Source: Octopus bimaculoides (Eukaryota). Taken from it: a stretch of DNA of 36,532 nt. The position numbers were made by a program, and so were the translations under genes. How positions within the stretch are numbered: the stretch's first letter is position 1; every line of letters begins with the position of its first letter. This document shows positions 12,232 through 23,550 of the stretch, one piece after another. The DNA is taken from the NCBI RefSeq assembly GCF_001194135.2, contig NC_068985.1, positions 121,350,597-121,387,128 on the forward strand, written 5' to 3'. A model generated the notes under the pieces. That model did not search any database. It was not told the DNA's origin and saw only the letters and a program-made list of their open reading frames with translations.

Positions 12232-13204
12232 GCTAAATGCACTGGCGCACACACGTGCACACACACATGTGTGTGTACGTGCATGTGTGGGTATGTGGGG
12301 ATCTACTGTTTTCGCCTTAATACAGAAAGAATTCATTGAATGTTCTGCAATTTTTGATTTTTCTTTTTGCTTCTTTCTATAATATTTTACATAATATTCC
12401 TTCATTCTTAATTTAATGTTCACTGTGAATGGTTTAAGGGAATTTTATTTTTCATTTTATTTTTATGTTTTAGTTTATGTATGCACACGTATATGTATAC
12501 ATATGGGTATAAATATATACATAAATATATATATATATATANNNNNNNNNNNNNNNNNNNNNNNNNNNNNNNNNNNNNNNNNNNNNNNNNNNNNNNNNNN
12601 NNNNNNNNNNNNNNNNNNNNNNNNNNNNNNNNNNNNNNNNNNNNNNNNNNNNNNNNNNNNNNNNNNNNNNNNNNNNNNNNNNNNNNNNNNNNNNNNNNNN
12701 NNNNNNNNNNNNNNNNNNNNNNNNNNNNNNNNNNNNNNNNNNNNNNNNNNNNNNNNNNNNNNNNNNNNNNNNNNNNNNNNNNNNNNNNNNNNNNNNNNNN
12801 NNNNNNNNNNNNNNNNNNNNNNNNNNNNNNNNNNNNNNNNNNNNNNNNNNNNNNNNNNNNNNNNNNNNNNNNNNNNNNNNNNNNNNNNNNNNNNNNNNNN
12901 NNNNNNNNNNNNNNNNNNNNNNNNNNNNNNNNNNNNNNNNNNNNNNNNNNNNNNNNNNNNNNNNNNNNNNNNNNNNNNNNNNNNNNNNNNNNNNNNNNNN
13001 NNNNNNNNNNNNNNNNNATATATATAACGGAATTGGTTGTGTATTTATGATTCGAAATATAAGCCTTACTGCTCAGAAGAAAATGAGTTGCTTCGAATTA
13101 ACTCTTCGCTGATTTAAGTTCTTGTTTGTAATTCCACAGAAACTATTGATAGTCACTAAAACAATTAAATGTTTAAGTTGTCGTCTTCTTTCTTCCATTA
13201 TTAA

Positions 13205-13248
<44 letters not shown>
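13205..13248. repeat. (CAT)n microsatellite
   Basis: Directly visible. Source of the poly-Met ORF 13073..13345. Confidence 0.95.
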
Positions 13249-13249
<1 letters not shown>

Positions 13250-13560
13250 AAAGAGGGGAAATTGACAGCATTGTTGTCGGACAAAATATCTTGCCCTATT
13301 TTCATGTGGCCCTTGATAATCTGAGTTCAAAATCGACTTTATCATTCATCCTCGACCTCGGAGTTGATAAAATAAAGTATCAATCAATTACTGCGGATCC
13401 CCTACCCCTGAAATTGCTAGTCTTGTGCCAAAATTTAAAACAAAGATGGCGATAAAAGACTTGGCGGCGTTTCTTCCAGGTTCTTATTTTCAATTCTGCC
13501 GGGTTTAAATTCTGTCGAAGTCTACTTTGTTTTTCTTCCGTTTGGCGTCGATTAATTGGC
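13250..13560 (+). mobile_element. Two tandem decayed family A SINE copies
   Basis: ctgagttcaaa..tcgacttt..cattcatcc..ggagttgataaaataaagta..cccctgaaattgctagtcttgtgccaaaattt, followed by a second ggtttaaattctgtcgaagtctactttg..tttggcgtcgatt. Both align with 22758-22979. Confidence 0.6.
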
Positions 13561-13796
13561 TAAACTTTGTAACAATTATTATGATCATACACTTCTTGCT
13601 TTCCAGTTAACAGTCCAACGACTTAATTATTCCCTACCTCCAAATTATGGGCTAGACATCACTGAATGTCGAATTAAACTGGGATGTTTTGTTTCTTCTT
13701 TTTTTTAGTTTTATTTTGTAGTCTTCACTGCGTCAACAAAAGCATCGTATGTTCCACAAAGAATTTTCCACTTTTTATACATACATATACATATAT

Positions 13797-13803
13797 GTGT
13801 GTG

Positions 13804-13896
<93 letters not shown>

Positions 13897-13980
13897 ATGT
13901 ATATGTATGGATATATATATATATACATGCATACATGCATACATACATACATACATACATACATACATACATACATACAT
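13797..13980. repeat. (TG)n + (TATG)n + (TACA)n compound microsatellite
   Basis: Directly visible. Confidence 0.95.
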
Positions 13981-14934
13981 GGTTGAGTCAAAAGGGGAAG
14001 AACCTCGCCCATAGCCGTTTGCTACACCCTCAAAACTCACAGGAGAGAAAGAAAAAAGAAACCATGGTTTGTTGTCACTGTTGTCGAAGGTTGTGGATCA
14101 AGATATGAATTTCCCCTTAGAGTAGATACTTGGGTTGAATGTTTATTACCAATGGTTTAGCGAAACCTTTGCAGCAGCCAGATGGAGTAAACACTTCTCG
14201 TGTTTTCACCCTTATTTTACAGGCATGATACCCACAGGAATTCTAGAGCTCTTTCATACCTATTGCGTAACATTAATGAATTAACTTGAGCAAGAAATAT
14301 CCCTGCTTGATCTGATTAGAATTTATCCTAAACAATATCAAAATGACTTGAAGGAAAACGGGCATCTACTGTGTTCATTCCTTTCTTAACATTATTAGTA
14401 TCACAACTAAAATAAAGTGACACTAACGGAAATCAAAACGAGACACCTCTACAGCACATATAGTAAATTGCTTCTTTACGCATATATATAATAAAAATTC
14501 GAGAAAATGCGTATCCATGACAAGAGAATAATTATCTGAGGTTAATTCAATCTTTAAGGTATTTATTAACGATATCTACAACTATGAATTTGATCACCTT
14601 GATCGCTACTTCTTTACAGATGTTTTATTTGTAGAGATGTGCCCTGGTCCTACTGGCTTAAATCTGGAAATTTTAATACGTAAACTAAAGGTAATAATTT
14701 CTTTTCAACTGTCGGATAAAGATAATTGCCACAACTCATTTCACACGTTTAGAGAAAATTTGTTGTTTATGTATTAGAGATTTAACAGAAAGGAAATGGT
14801 TCTTGTTGGAAATTGACCCTATGTAATAAATTCTGTTCAACATAAACTTTTTCAAGAATTAAAAGACAACGTTTTTGGCCGAAGAGCCTCTGTCGATCAA
14901 TGTTATCTATATCTCTGCACACGTATGTGTATGT

Positions 14935-15231
14935 CTGAGCAGTTTGTTTAGGAACACGGGCAGTTGTCCATGCATGCAGTTTTCTCCTCTCCACACCACC
15001 GACGGAAATGTCGTCGTCTTGGCATCAGCGTCATTGCAATTGTTGTTATCAAAGCACGAACAGCCGGGATAAATGTTTCTTCTCCCTGGAGCGATACTTT
15101 TCCACTGACCCCGAAAGGATAAAAGATACTGTTTACCTGCGTTAGATTTGAACTTAGAACCTAAAGAGTTGGCACAAGTATCACGTGGCATTTCATCCCG
15201 CACACTAACAACTCTGCCATATTACCACCTT
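14935..15231 (-). mobile_element. Composite SINE: family A head and body plus CORE-type SINE 3' part
   Basis: Reverse complement starts aaggtggtaatatggcagagttgttag...ggttctaagttcaaatc...tcctttcggggtc (family A). It continues ...gctgatgccaag...ggtggtgtggagaggagaaaactgcatgcatggacaactg, matching 21070-21190. Confidence 0.6.
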
Positions 15232-17531
15232 CAACAAAATATTGGATAACTCGGCGAGGAAAGTTGGGCGTTTGTATCCTGTTGCCAATATACTGTTGTA
15301 TCTGTGACCAAAACATTGAATTCTCAACGGTTATCTTCACTTTGTTCTAAGTTAGTTATCACAGTGATTATATAAGTTTATACTTTAAGCAGCAACATCG
15401 TAAAATTGATGAAGAATTCTTTGTTTTGTAATCCTGAACTCGATTTTCATTTACGATAAAAGCTACCTAGTATAGAGTTCGTAAATTCGGATAACTTCAT
15501 ACTCCGTTGGGGAAGCGAAAGAACTAATGTTTCGAACAATTAACTTTAACAGACTGGTGTTTAATCCACGGGGAGTCTAACAATACAGAAATCGAAAATG
15601 GTGGACTGTGAATATCCATGAATTGCGAGACAGATAAACAATTATATAGCACATTACTATTGTCAACTAATATTTTCCTGTCTAATTCAATTTATATTGA
15701 AAATGTTTAATTAACCGATGGTGTTAGCGTGGTTAGAATACGCTCTTTATAACAAAACATGAGTTGACAAAATCACAGCTCTCTGTAAAAGACTTCACAG
15801 AAATGAAAAGACTTTATATAATTGATTTTCATATACATACATGTGTGTGTGTGTGTGTGTGTGTGAACAGGTTTAATGTATAAGCTTTCATATAAAAGTC
15901 AATAGCTGTAGATAAAATTGCGTAAATAAAACAAAAAGATAACATTTCACCAACTCAACAACACAGCTACACTTTCACCAAAGTTCAGAAATGTTTAAGC
16001 TTGAAATAGGGTATCACTCAATCAGAATTAAAAAAAAATAAAGATGCAACGAACTAATCCTGTTTTTATCTTCTGTTAAAATAAAACTAACTCTAATTCT
16101 GGCATTCTAGCATAGAAAGTAATCACGGCTGGATCTCTAAAGGAAAAAAACTAATACCATCATAGACTTCAAATATTAATATTCGCAAAGAGGAATTTTG
16201 AAAACAAAAAAAAACAAAGCAAAACTTAATCACATGAAACTGAAGCTGGTATAATGTTACTTTTCTAAACTTAAAAGCACGATTTCAGGATAATTCCATC
16301 AAATATTTCCCTTCTACACATGATTACTTCTTTGACCGTCATTGAATTTAAGCCTGGAGTCTTTTCGTTTAGTTGCATTTCATGGAAATTAACGAGTTCA
16401 GTGAATGCTGGTGAGATCACGTATAGTTCAAATCATCAAAGGAAAAAGATATCACAGAGGAAAATCTATAGGAAAAAGTATTTCAAATATTGCTACTGTG
16501 CTTCTAGCCGTTCCTTTTTACTATGAAGATTTTTTTTTTCAATACTTGAACTTAATTAGACATATCCTGCTCTCACGTCTGCTAGTTTTCAATTGTTTTA
16601 TTACTGAATGCATGACGTTAGTCCAATGTTTATCTCTCGGTTTAGTGCTATTGGTTTTTTTTGTTTTTGTTTTGTTTTTAATGATAATTTTTATCGAAAG
16701 CGAGATAATCTCGCATCTCTGCATCAAATTTCTCCGTTATTTCTCAAATCATTCAAACGGCTTGAGATTATGGGATTGTTGCTTGTGAAACTAGAACACA
16801 ATTTTAGAGACTAAAAATAGTGTTAGCACAATTCGCAAAGTAAAATTCAAGATAGGAGTCGTGAATAGAACGCATGCGCTTTAACTCCTTTTGTTTTGTA
16901 ACGTTCAGCAATGCTACTTTCTATTTTTCGAGCATTCTTCTTATCACAGGCATATTCTCAACCAATAATAGCGTATTGATTTAATTATCTTCTGCAATCG
17001 CTTGCACCAACCAACACTGAAGCTTTCTGTATCACCATTTTATATACGTTTTGCGATTCCATTGAAAATCACTCCGAATACTCTAAGTGATTTCCCTTCA
17101 CATTCAAGACTCGTGCATATTTTTCCCTAAATTCTTTTAGGATAGCGTTTTGGTCATCAGAGTTAGTGTCGTTCATTTTGTGATTGAACGCAATTCCCAA
17201 GTCAACAACTATTCAAAGTCTGAATGGTCTTTAAACATTTGAACTATTGGAAATGTCTTCAATATATTCTGTTGATTGAGAAGTAAAAGTAATACGGAAC
17301 ACATCACAGGGTCACATCTGCACTAAGATTGAACATTTGTAACAAAACAGATGTACTTAAAATTAACATAAGTGAAATCGATTTGGTTCCTTCCGACTCA
17401 TTCTATTTGAGTACACTATATGTCAGTTTCCGACCTTTGCTCTACGTAATGTCAAAGTAAAAGTGACAGAGATTGTTCTATTCGGAGAATCTTGGACGTC
17501 GTTTTTTTTTTCGTTACTTTTAGTCGAGAGG

Positions 17532-17579
<48 letters not shown>

Positions 17580-18214
17580 NNNNNNNNNNNNNNNNNNNNN
17601 NNNNNNNNNNNNNNNNNNNNNNNNNNNNNNNNNNNNNNNNNNNNNNNNNNNNNNNNNNNNNNNNNNNNNNNNNNNNNNNNNNNNNNNNNNNNNNNNNNNN
17701 NNNNNNNNNNNNNNNNNNNNNNNNNNNNNNNNNNNNNNNNNNNNNNNNNNNNNNNNNNNNNNNNNNNNNNNNNNNNNNNNNNNNNNNNNNNNNNNNNNNN
17801 NNNNNNNNNNNNNNNNNNNNNNNNNNNNNNNNNNNNNNNNNNNNNNNNNNNNNNNNNNNNNNNNNNNNNNNNNNNNNNNNNNNNNNNNNNNNNNNNNNNN
17901 NNNNNNNNNNNNNNNNNNNNTATATATATATATATATATATATGCGTGTGTGTTTGATGACTGTTCTTACTTCATGCCATGTAATGGAATTAAAGCATAT
18001 TCTGAGAAACTTCTCGCACTCATATCTCCCATTTTATTAGTCCTAATCCGATGAAACAATGCACAACTATTTATTCACAACGAACAATTCTATCTGGAAA
18101 CCGTACAAACCAAACACTTTGACTTAATATGCGTACAAGAGAACATTATATATTGGTTCAGTCTAATTATAATTGTATTTATAAGTTTCTGAAGACCATT
18201 TGCCAGCATTAATG

Positions 18215-18290
18215 TGGCGCATCCCCGAAAGGATGAAAGGCAAAGTCGACTTTGACAGAATTTCAACTCAGAACGTAAAGATGGTTGCGG
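18215..18290 (-). mobile_element. Family A SINE fragment
   Basis: ccccgaaaggatgaaaggcaaagtcgac...aactcagaacgtaaag is the reverse complement of the family A core. Confidence 0.7.
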
Positions 18291-18586
18291 GGCTAAGAAG
18301 TTCGCTTCACATTTATGTATTTCTATGTTCAAATATACAGCATGGCACTTCGAGCATTGTCATTTATTATAGCTTTGACTGTACTAAATTCTTATGAGGA
18401 GAATTTGGTTGATGGAAACAGTGTAGAAGCCCATTCAAAGGGACAATTATTGTGATACGGTGGTAGACAGTCAATCGCCCGGTTTAATACCACCATTTTA
18501 GTTATTTGTATTGGATTACAAGTTTAATGATAGTTATCTCCCTCTCTTCTACCATAAGCCTCAGAGCATCTGTAACATAAGCACTG

Positions 18587-19639
18587 TGCTCTCAAGTATC
18601 GCAGACATATGAAAACTTATAAAGTCTTATTTTCTCTGTTGTCTAACTTTGGAGATTTTGAGGAGTAACACTTGATTTTTATTTTTAGATCCGCCAGAGA
18701 AGGAGTGTGCAATAAGGAAGACCTTATTGTACACTCTTTATTTTTCCTCTAAGTAGGGGGAGGAGGAAGTGGAGTGATGCTGTCGTTGAGCTATTACGAT
18801 TAAAACGACTAATTTGCTGTCTATCATAGTAAAATCCAGATGTATTTATTGTAGAGGACGCTATGATGAATTTTTAGTATATCACTGTGGCTAATGGTGG
18901 TGCCTGAAGCCCTCGACGCCTTTTGGTTGGGACTGGCATACTACACGAAGCATAAAATATCAGTTTTCAGCTTCTGTAGAATAGAAGGCCTCACTGACAC
19001 TTCTCTATTTAGGTCCTGCACTTCCTAGCGCCGGTTCTGGTCACAAGATATTCCGCCAATCTAGGTTGGCGCTTTTTTCTTTATACAGACCTCCGAAAGA
19101 CAAAGAAAGTCGGAACAAATACTATGAAACAGTTTAGCCAACATTCTAACGGCGTGCAGCAGACATTCATAATTCTGATTTATGATATAAAATTTTCCTG
19201 TAGTTTTACAAGGGAATCTATTTTTGAGAAAATAGATTTTTAAAAAACCATTGTGAACTACGTTGTAAATATTTCCAGAGAGTTGAGTTTAACAATTCTT
19301 GAGACAAGAAGAAAAAAATAAACAGAATGCAGAATTGAAATACAAGATTGCAAACGGTTGTGTGTGTGTTTGTGTGTGAGCGTGTGTGTGCATGCGCGCG
19401 TTTAAGAGGTAATATTATCTAAGGAAATGTAGGCTGTTTTACTGTGTTTTGGTTTCACAAAAAAGAACCGGTGAAAAAGTCATGCAAAACAGACAGGTTA
19501 AAAGTCTTCCTTATTGCACACTCCTTCTCTGGCGGATCTAAAAATAAAAATCAAGTGTTGCTCCTCATAATCTTCAAAGTTAGACAACAGAGAAAATAAG
19601 ACTTTATAAGTTTTCCTATGTCTGCGATACTTGAGAGCA
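18587..19639. repeat. Long inverted repeat pair (arms 18587-18722 and 19504-19639) with a 781-bp spacer; possible fold-back/MITE-like element
   Basis: Manual alignment gives 132/136 identity with no indels. The inverted repeat is certain, but its identity as a transposon is not. Confidence 0.9.
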
Positions 19640-19649
19640 AGTTAACTTT

Positions 19650-19793
19650 GTTGTTGTTGTTGTTGTAGCAGCAGCAGCAGCATTGGTGGTGGTGGTGGTG
19701 GTGGTGGTGGTAGTTGTTTTGGTGGTGGTTTTGGTGGTGATGGTTGTGGTGGTGGTGGTGGTGGTGGTGGTGGTGGTAGAGGAGGAGGAGGAT
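19650..19793. repeat. Compound (GTT)/(GCA)/(GGT)/(GAG) trinucleotide tract
   Basis: Directly visible. Confidence 0.9.
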
Positions 19794-19802
19794 TAGTGCT
19801 GC

Positions 19803-19876
19803 AGTTGTTGTTTAGTCACAAGTCAGCCTCTGGTCGAACAGATCTATAGTCAAAGGCATTCCAGCCTGGACCATTC
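19803..19876 (-). mobile_element. SINE 3' tail fragment ending in (AAC)n
   Basis: Reverse complement ...gaatgcctttgactatagatctgttcgaccagaggctgacttgtgactaaacaacaac resembles the tail at 23470-23522. Confidence 0.45.
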
Positions 19877-20119
19877 CATACAAAGTATGTAAGACAGCAT
19901 TATACAATGTATGGGTATGTGTGTGCGTGTCTGTGTGTGTGTGTGCGTGTGTGTGTGCGTGCGTGTGTGCGTGTATGAGTGTGCGTGTATGCGTGTGCGT
20001 GTGTGTGTGTGTATGTGCGTGTGTGTATGTGCGTGTGTGTGTGTGTTACTTGAAAGATTTTATGGCTGTTTCTTCTAGATGTAGTGACACATAGAAGCTT
20101 TACGTTTATACATACTGTT

Positions 20120-20120
<1 letters not shown>

Positions 20121-20154
<34 letters not shown>
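20121..20154. repeat. (ACT)n microsatellite
   Basis: Directly visible. Confidence 0.9.
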
Positions 20155-20559
20155 ACCGATGTTATCTTGTTAGTCTGAGTCAAAAGAATTTTGCGTGGGA
20201 GTGCTTTAAGATGTCAGATCCGGTATTACAGCTGATTCTATTAAATGAATACGTATATTATCAAAGAGAGATCGAACTACTGCGAATTTTAATAGAAATT
20301 ATTTTCTCAGATTCTGCTAACAGCTACACCAGTTTTAAATTATCTGCGTTTTTTTCTTTTTTTGTTTTTTCTGTAAGTTACCGTCAAGTAATATATCTAA
20401 TAATGGTAACCTAGGAACCAAAACTTAATTATTTAATGTGTTCTTAATCAAGGTAATCAGGTGTGTATTTTTGGTAATTTAACAGTGTAATTTATATGGA
20501 GTAACTTTGCATTAAGTAGTGGAATGTACAATTTCCTGTAACTCAGACTACCTCATGGG

Positions 20560-20920
20560 CCTATCAGACAAAATGGAAAAGGTGTTGCTCCGGAGGATGG
20601 TGCAGGAGATGCGCTGAAACAGCCACTCTGACTCACGGTGCTCGCACTTGCGGATAGCCATCTCCGCCCAGATAGTGGTGATCAGGGATATGGCCTGTGG
20701 GGCGAGTACGCTGAAAGCCTCCAAGTGACCGATGCCTTGACAGTTTACTTTTCTCAGCCTGACAAGAAGCGGAGCCAGGGATGGTACATGAACACACCAA
20801 GTTGCCGCTGTCACACCGTCGTGTCTTTTACCGTCCCCTCGGTCTAGTCCTGCTGGCTCGAGCTGGGAAGTGAAACCTGCGGTATCTAGGCCATGCTTAA
20901 TGATTTTGTTCCCCATGTTA
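20560..20920 (-). mobile_element. CRE-clade-like non-LTR retrotransposon fragment (C-terminal restriction-like endonuclease region), decayed
   Basis: Translation NKIIKHGLDTAGFTSQLEPAGLDRGDGKRHDG...WLFQRISCTILRSNTFSIL matches the recalled CRE-type pattern N.II.RAL..AG.PS.LEP.GL.R.DGKRPDG ... FL.QRISIAIQRGNA.SIL. The middle is deleted or shifted, and PD is changed to HD. Confidence 0.75.
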
Positions 20921-20921
20921 G

Positions 20922-21274
20922 TGTAGGCGCATGGTTCAGTGGTTAGAACGTCGGGCTCACAATCATGAGGTAGTGAGTTCGCTTCCCGAATCGGATTGTG
21001 TGTTGTGTTCTTGACCAACACACTTTATTTCACATTGCTCCAGTTCACTCAGCTGTAGAAATGAGTTGCGACATAACTGGTGCCAAGCTGTATCGGCCTT
21101 TGCCTTTCTCTTGGATAACATCAGTGGTGTGGAGAGCGGGGACTGGTTTGCATGGGCGACTACTGATCTTCCATAAACAACCCTGCCCGACTTGTGCCTA
21201 AGAGGGTAACTTTCTAGGTGTAATCTCATGGTCATTCATAACCGAATGGAGTCTTTACCCATTACCCTTTTTAT
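20922..21274 (+). mobile_element. Near full-length tRNA-derived SINE with CORE-like domain
   Basis: A box TGGTTCAGTGG (20932-20942) and B box GAGTTCGCTTC (20975-20985). CORE-like tgtgttcttgaccaacacactttatttcacattgctccagttcactcagctgtagaaatgag and a TTACCC-type tail. Flanked by cccatgttag (20912-20921) and cccatattag (21275-21284), a 10-bp TSD with one mismatch. Confidence 0.85.
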
Positions 21275-21469
21275 CCCATATTAGAACTTCGTGCCTTTCT
21301 TTCGAGTTTAATAGGTCCTCCCGGAAGTACAGTTCACTTAGGAGGAAAACCGATGTATGTGGCCAATGTTTTGTTGACTTGGCTAAAATCTTATAAAACG
21401 AAAATGAGAGGCTGCGATGACAATAATGACCATTAAAGGCACCAAGTGAATACAAATATTTCTTAAAAC

Positions 21470-21660
21470 CAAACTGTTAACTTCTATCCCATCTATCTCT
21501 CTCCACTGTTAATCTGCTCAACATCTCCATTTTTTTCATCCCTTGCATGTCGGCCTTCTAGTATTTGTTCTCAATCCATGTCTTGTTTTGTCTTTTTTTC
21601 TTCCAGTCGCGACTTCCAATTGCTCAAGGCTATCAACTCGCATTGGTTTCCCCAGTTCTT
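21470..21660 (-). mobile_element. Possible RTE LINE 3' remnant
   Basis: Minus-strand translation LEQLEVATGRKKRQNKTWIE weakly resembles the RTE C-terminal LEV.G.R.RGRP.KTW.E. Confidence 0.3.
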
Positions 21661-22164
21661 TGAGGATTTATTATTATGGTTACATTTTCTTCAACCATTA
21701 GAAAAATTTTAAAAAACACGGGAACTTAACTTAGCATCATAAGGAAACACTTACAAAATCCTTCTGTGCCACGCGACATTCGGTTACACAACTCTACTAC
21801 ACTACGCCACACAGCTCTGCTCTATATGAAACAAAGAGATCTCTACGTGTTGTTCGCAGTGTTGAGTTTATTCTTCATAAGACCTTAAAATGTATAAAGA
21901 TTGGAGGCCACTTGATTGAAAAAAATTACACCAGGAAGTCTCACAAACATTGAAACCATATATGGCTTTGGGTTCTCACCAGACTGCTAAACCCTAAATA
22001 CCGAGGATCTCCCCTAGTAAAAGAACATTCTTAATATAACTAGGCCCGCATGCTAAAGACTGGCCCTTTTATTCAGTGTCACAAAAATATTTCAGTCCCC
22101 AAATTACCGACACTCTACAAGGCTCAAATAAAACCCACAATGGAGTACTATTCCAATATCTGAG

Positions 22165-22372
22165 ACGACGATGATGATGATGATGACGACGATGATGATG
22201 ATGACGACAATGATGATGACGACAATGATGATGACGACAATGATGATGATGATGACGACGATGATGATGATGATGATGACGACGATGATGATGATGATGA
22301 TGACGATGATGTCGACGATGATGATGATGATGATGACGATGATGATGATGATGATGACGACGATGATGATGA
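22165..22372. repeat. (GAT)n/(GAC)2 compound repeat with higher-order units
   Basis: Directly visible. Source of the poly-M, poly-S and poly-I ORFs. Confidence 0.95.
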
Positions 22373-22374
22373 TA

Positions 22375-22757
22375 CTGCCGCTACACGCACTGACATCCAA
22401 AGAAGGACTACTCGATTGCTTAGAATAAAGTCATTTAAAGATGCGATAAATCCCACAGGCGTGCATCTCTTTCTGTCTCTTTTATCGCTACTATAATGGT
22501 CGCTCTGTTTCTCGAAGCTAGTTGGCCTGGTACATTTTCCACTCGAGCACCTCAATCCACTCATCGCTCCACCTCCCATCGCCCTTGTTGCAAAATCGTC
22601 CAATCCCTTGATTCGAAATCCATGCTCCAGCTCCACACTGGCCGCTATTCCTGCTCCTTCCTACCTGAGTTGTTGGCCCTCTGATGTCTTCTCCCTGCTC
22701 GTGTCTTTCCTACAGGTACTGACCTGCAGCAATTTAACTGGGACGTTAACTGCATCA
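22375..22757 (+). mobile_element. CR1/L2-group LINE 3' coding remnant (frameshifted)
   Basis: Segments translate as DIQRRTTRLL, LFYRYYNGR, RYSCSFLP and LPARVFPTGTDLQQFNWDVN. These match the CR1-type RT C-terminus (IQRRA.RLI...HRR.VASLSLFYRYY.G.C...SFFPRT..LWNSLP..VFP...DL..FK..VN). Sequence probably resumes after the SINE at 22992. Confidence 0.7.
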
Positions 22758-22979
22758 TAGGCGGCGTGCTGGCAGAATCGTCAGCACGCCGGGCAATATG
22801 CTTTTCGGCATTTCATCTGTTTTTACGTTCTGAGTTCAAATCCCACTGTGGTCGACTTTTCTTTCCATCCTTTCGGAGTCGATGAAATAAGTACCATTTA
22901 AGCACTGGGCGTCGATGTAATCGACTTACTCCCCCCCCCCCTGAAATTGCTGACCTTCTGCCAAAACTTGATAGTAATA
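22758..22979 (+). mobile_element. Family A SINE with perfect 12-bp TSD
   Basis: TTAACTGCATCA at 22746-22757 and 22980-22991. A-box-like tggcagaatcg and B-box-like gagttcaaatcc. Aligns with 251-455. Confidence 0.9.
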
Positions 22980-23329
22980 TTAACTGCATCAAGCTCATCG
23001 GCCTTGGTGAGTCTACAAAGGTCATGGTCATTGGCCCTTCTTCTACACTCAGCAAAAAAAATGTTCTAGCTGGTTCAGCTCGTGCTTAAATCTAGCACTA
23101 GTAGCTTGACTTCTAAAAGTAGAAAATCTCTTTCATATCAAACTCCACCATGTAAAAAGAAATTTGAAGAATACATAGGATAGTGTGGACTTAGAAATAC
23201 AGTCTGACAAAAAAAGTTGTGTGATCATGACTTGAATGGCTCTGATCCGAATATTCCCAATCAAGGCTCACCAGTCACTGGACAATAACAGTAACAACAC
23301 TATACAACGACACTACAAGCCAATAGAAG

Positions 23330-23522
23330 TGGTCTCCACAAAGTCATTCGATCTGCTAGGAATAGCAACCAATTTTCTCTCGAGTCACGCACTTTCGTCT
23401 TCAAAAGTAAAGGGTACATTGGACAGGTATCCCAAAGTAGGTCCCCATTTAAAAAAAGACGGGGTGGTCATGAACAGCTTTAATCATGGGTCCACCAGAT
23501 CAGGACTCATCAGGAGCAACAA
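23330..23522 (+). mobile_element. SINE 3' fragment (family with AAC tail)
   Basis: tcgatctgctaggaatagcaaccaa matches the reverse complement of 25200-25235, and the tail resembles 19803-19876 (-). Confidence 0.5.
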
Positions 23523-23550
23523 CTACGTTAACGCTTACTGTTATTAATGA

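Noticed and set aside
16320-16814. Cluster of overlapping 62-127 aa ORFs
   Set aside because: No recognisable motif or convincing splice structure. F/L-rich composition is consistent with AT-rich noncoding DNA.
16900-17330. Minus-strand protein-like stretch (MNDTNSDDQNAILKEFREKYARVLNVKG)
   Set aside because: Short, bounded by stops and not assignable to any family by eye.
20922-20990. tRNA-like head with CAC anticodon-like loop
   Set aside because: It is the head of a SINE with body, tail and TSD, not a tRNA gene. No intact acceptor stem.
23478-23515. Minus-strand CTGATGA-GTCC...GGAC, resembling a hammerhead ribozyme core and stem II
   Set aside because: The essential GAAA after stem II is absent (CCAT instead), and the segment lies in a SINE tail.
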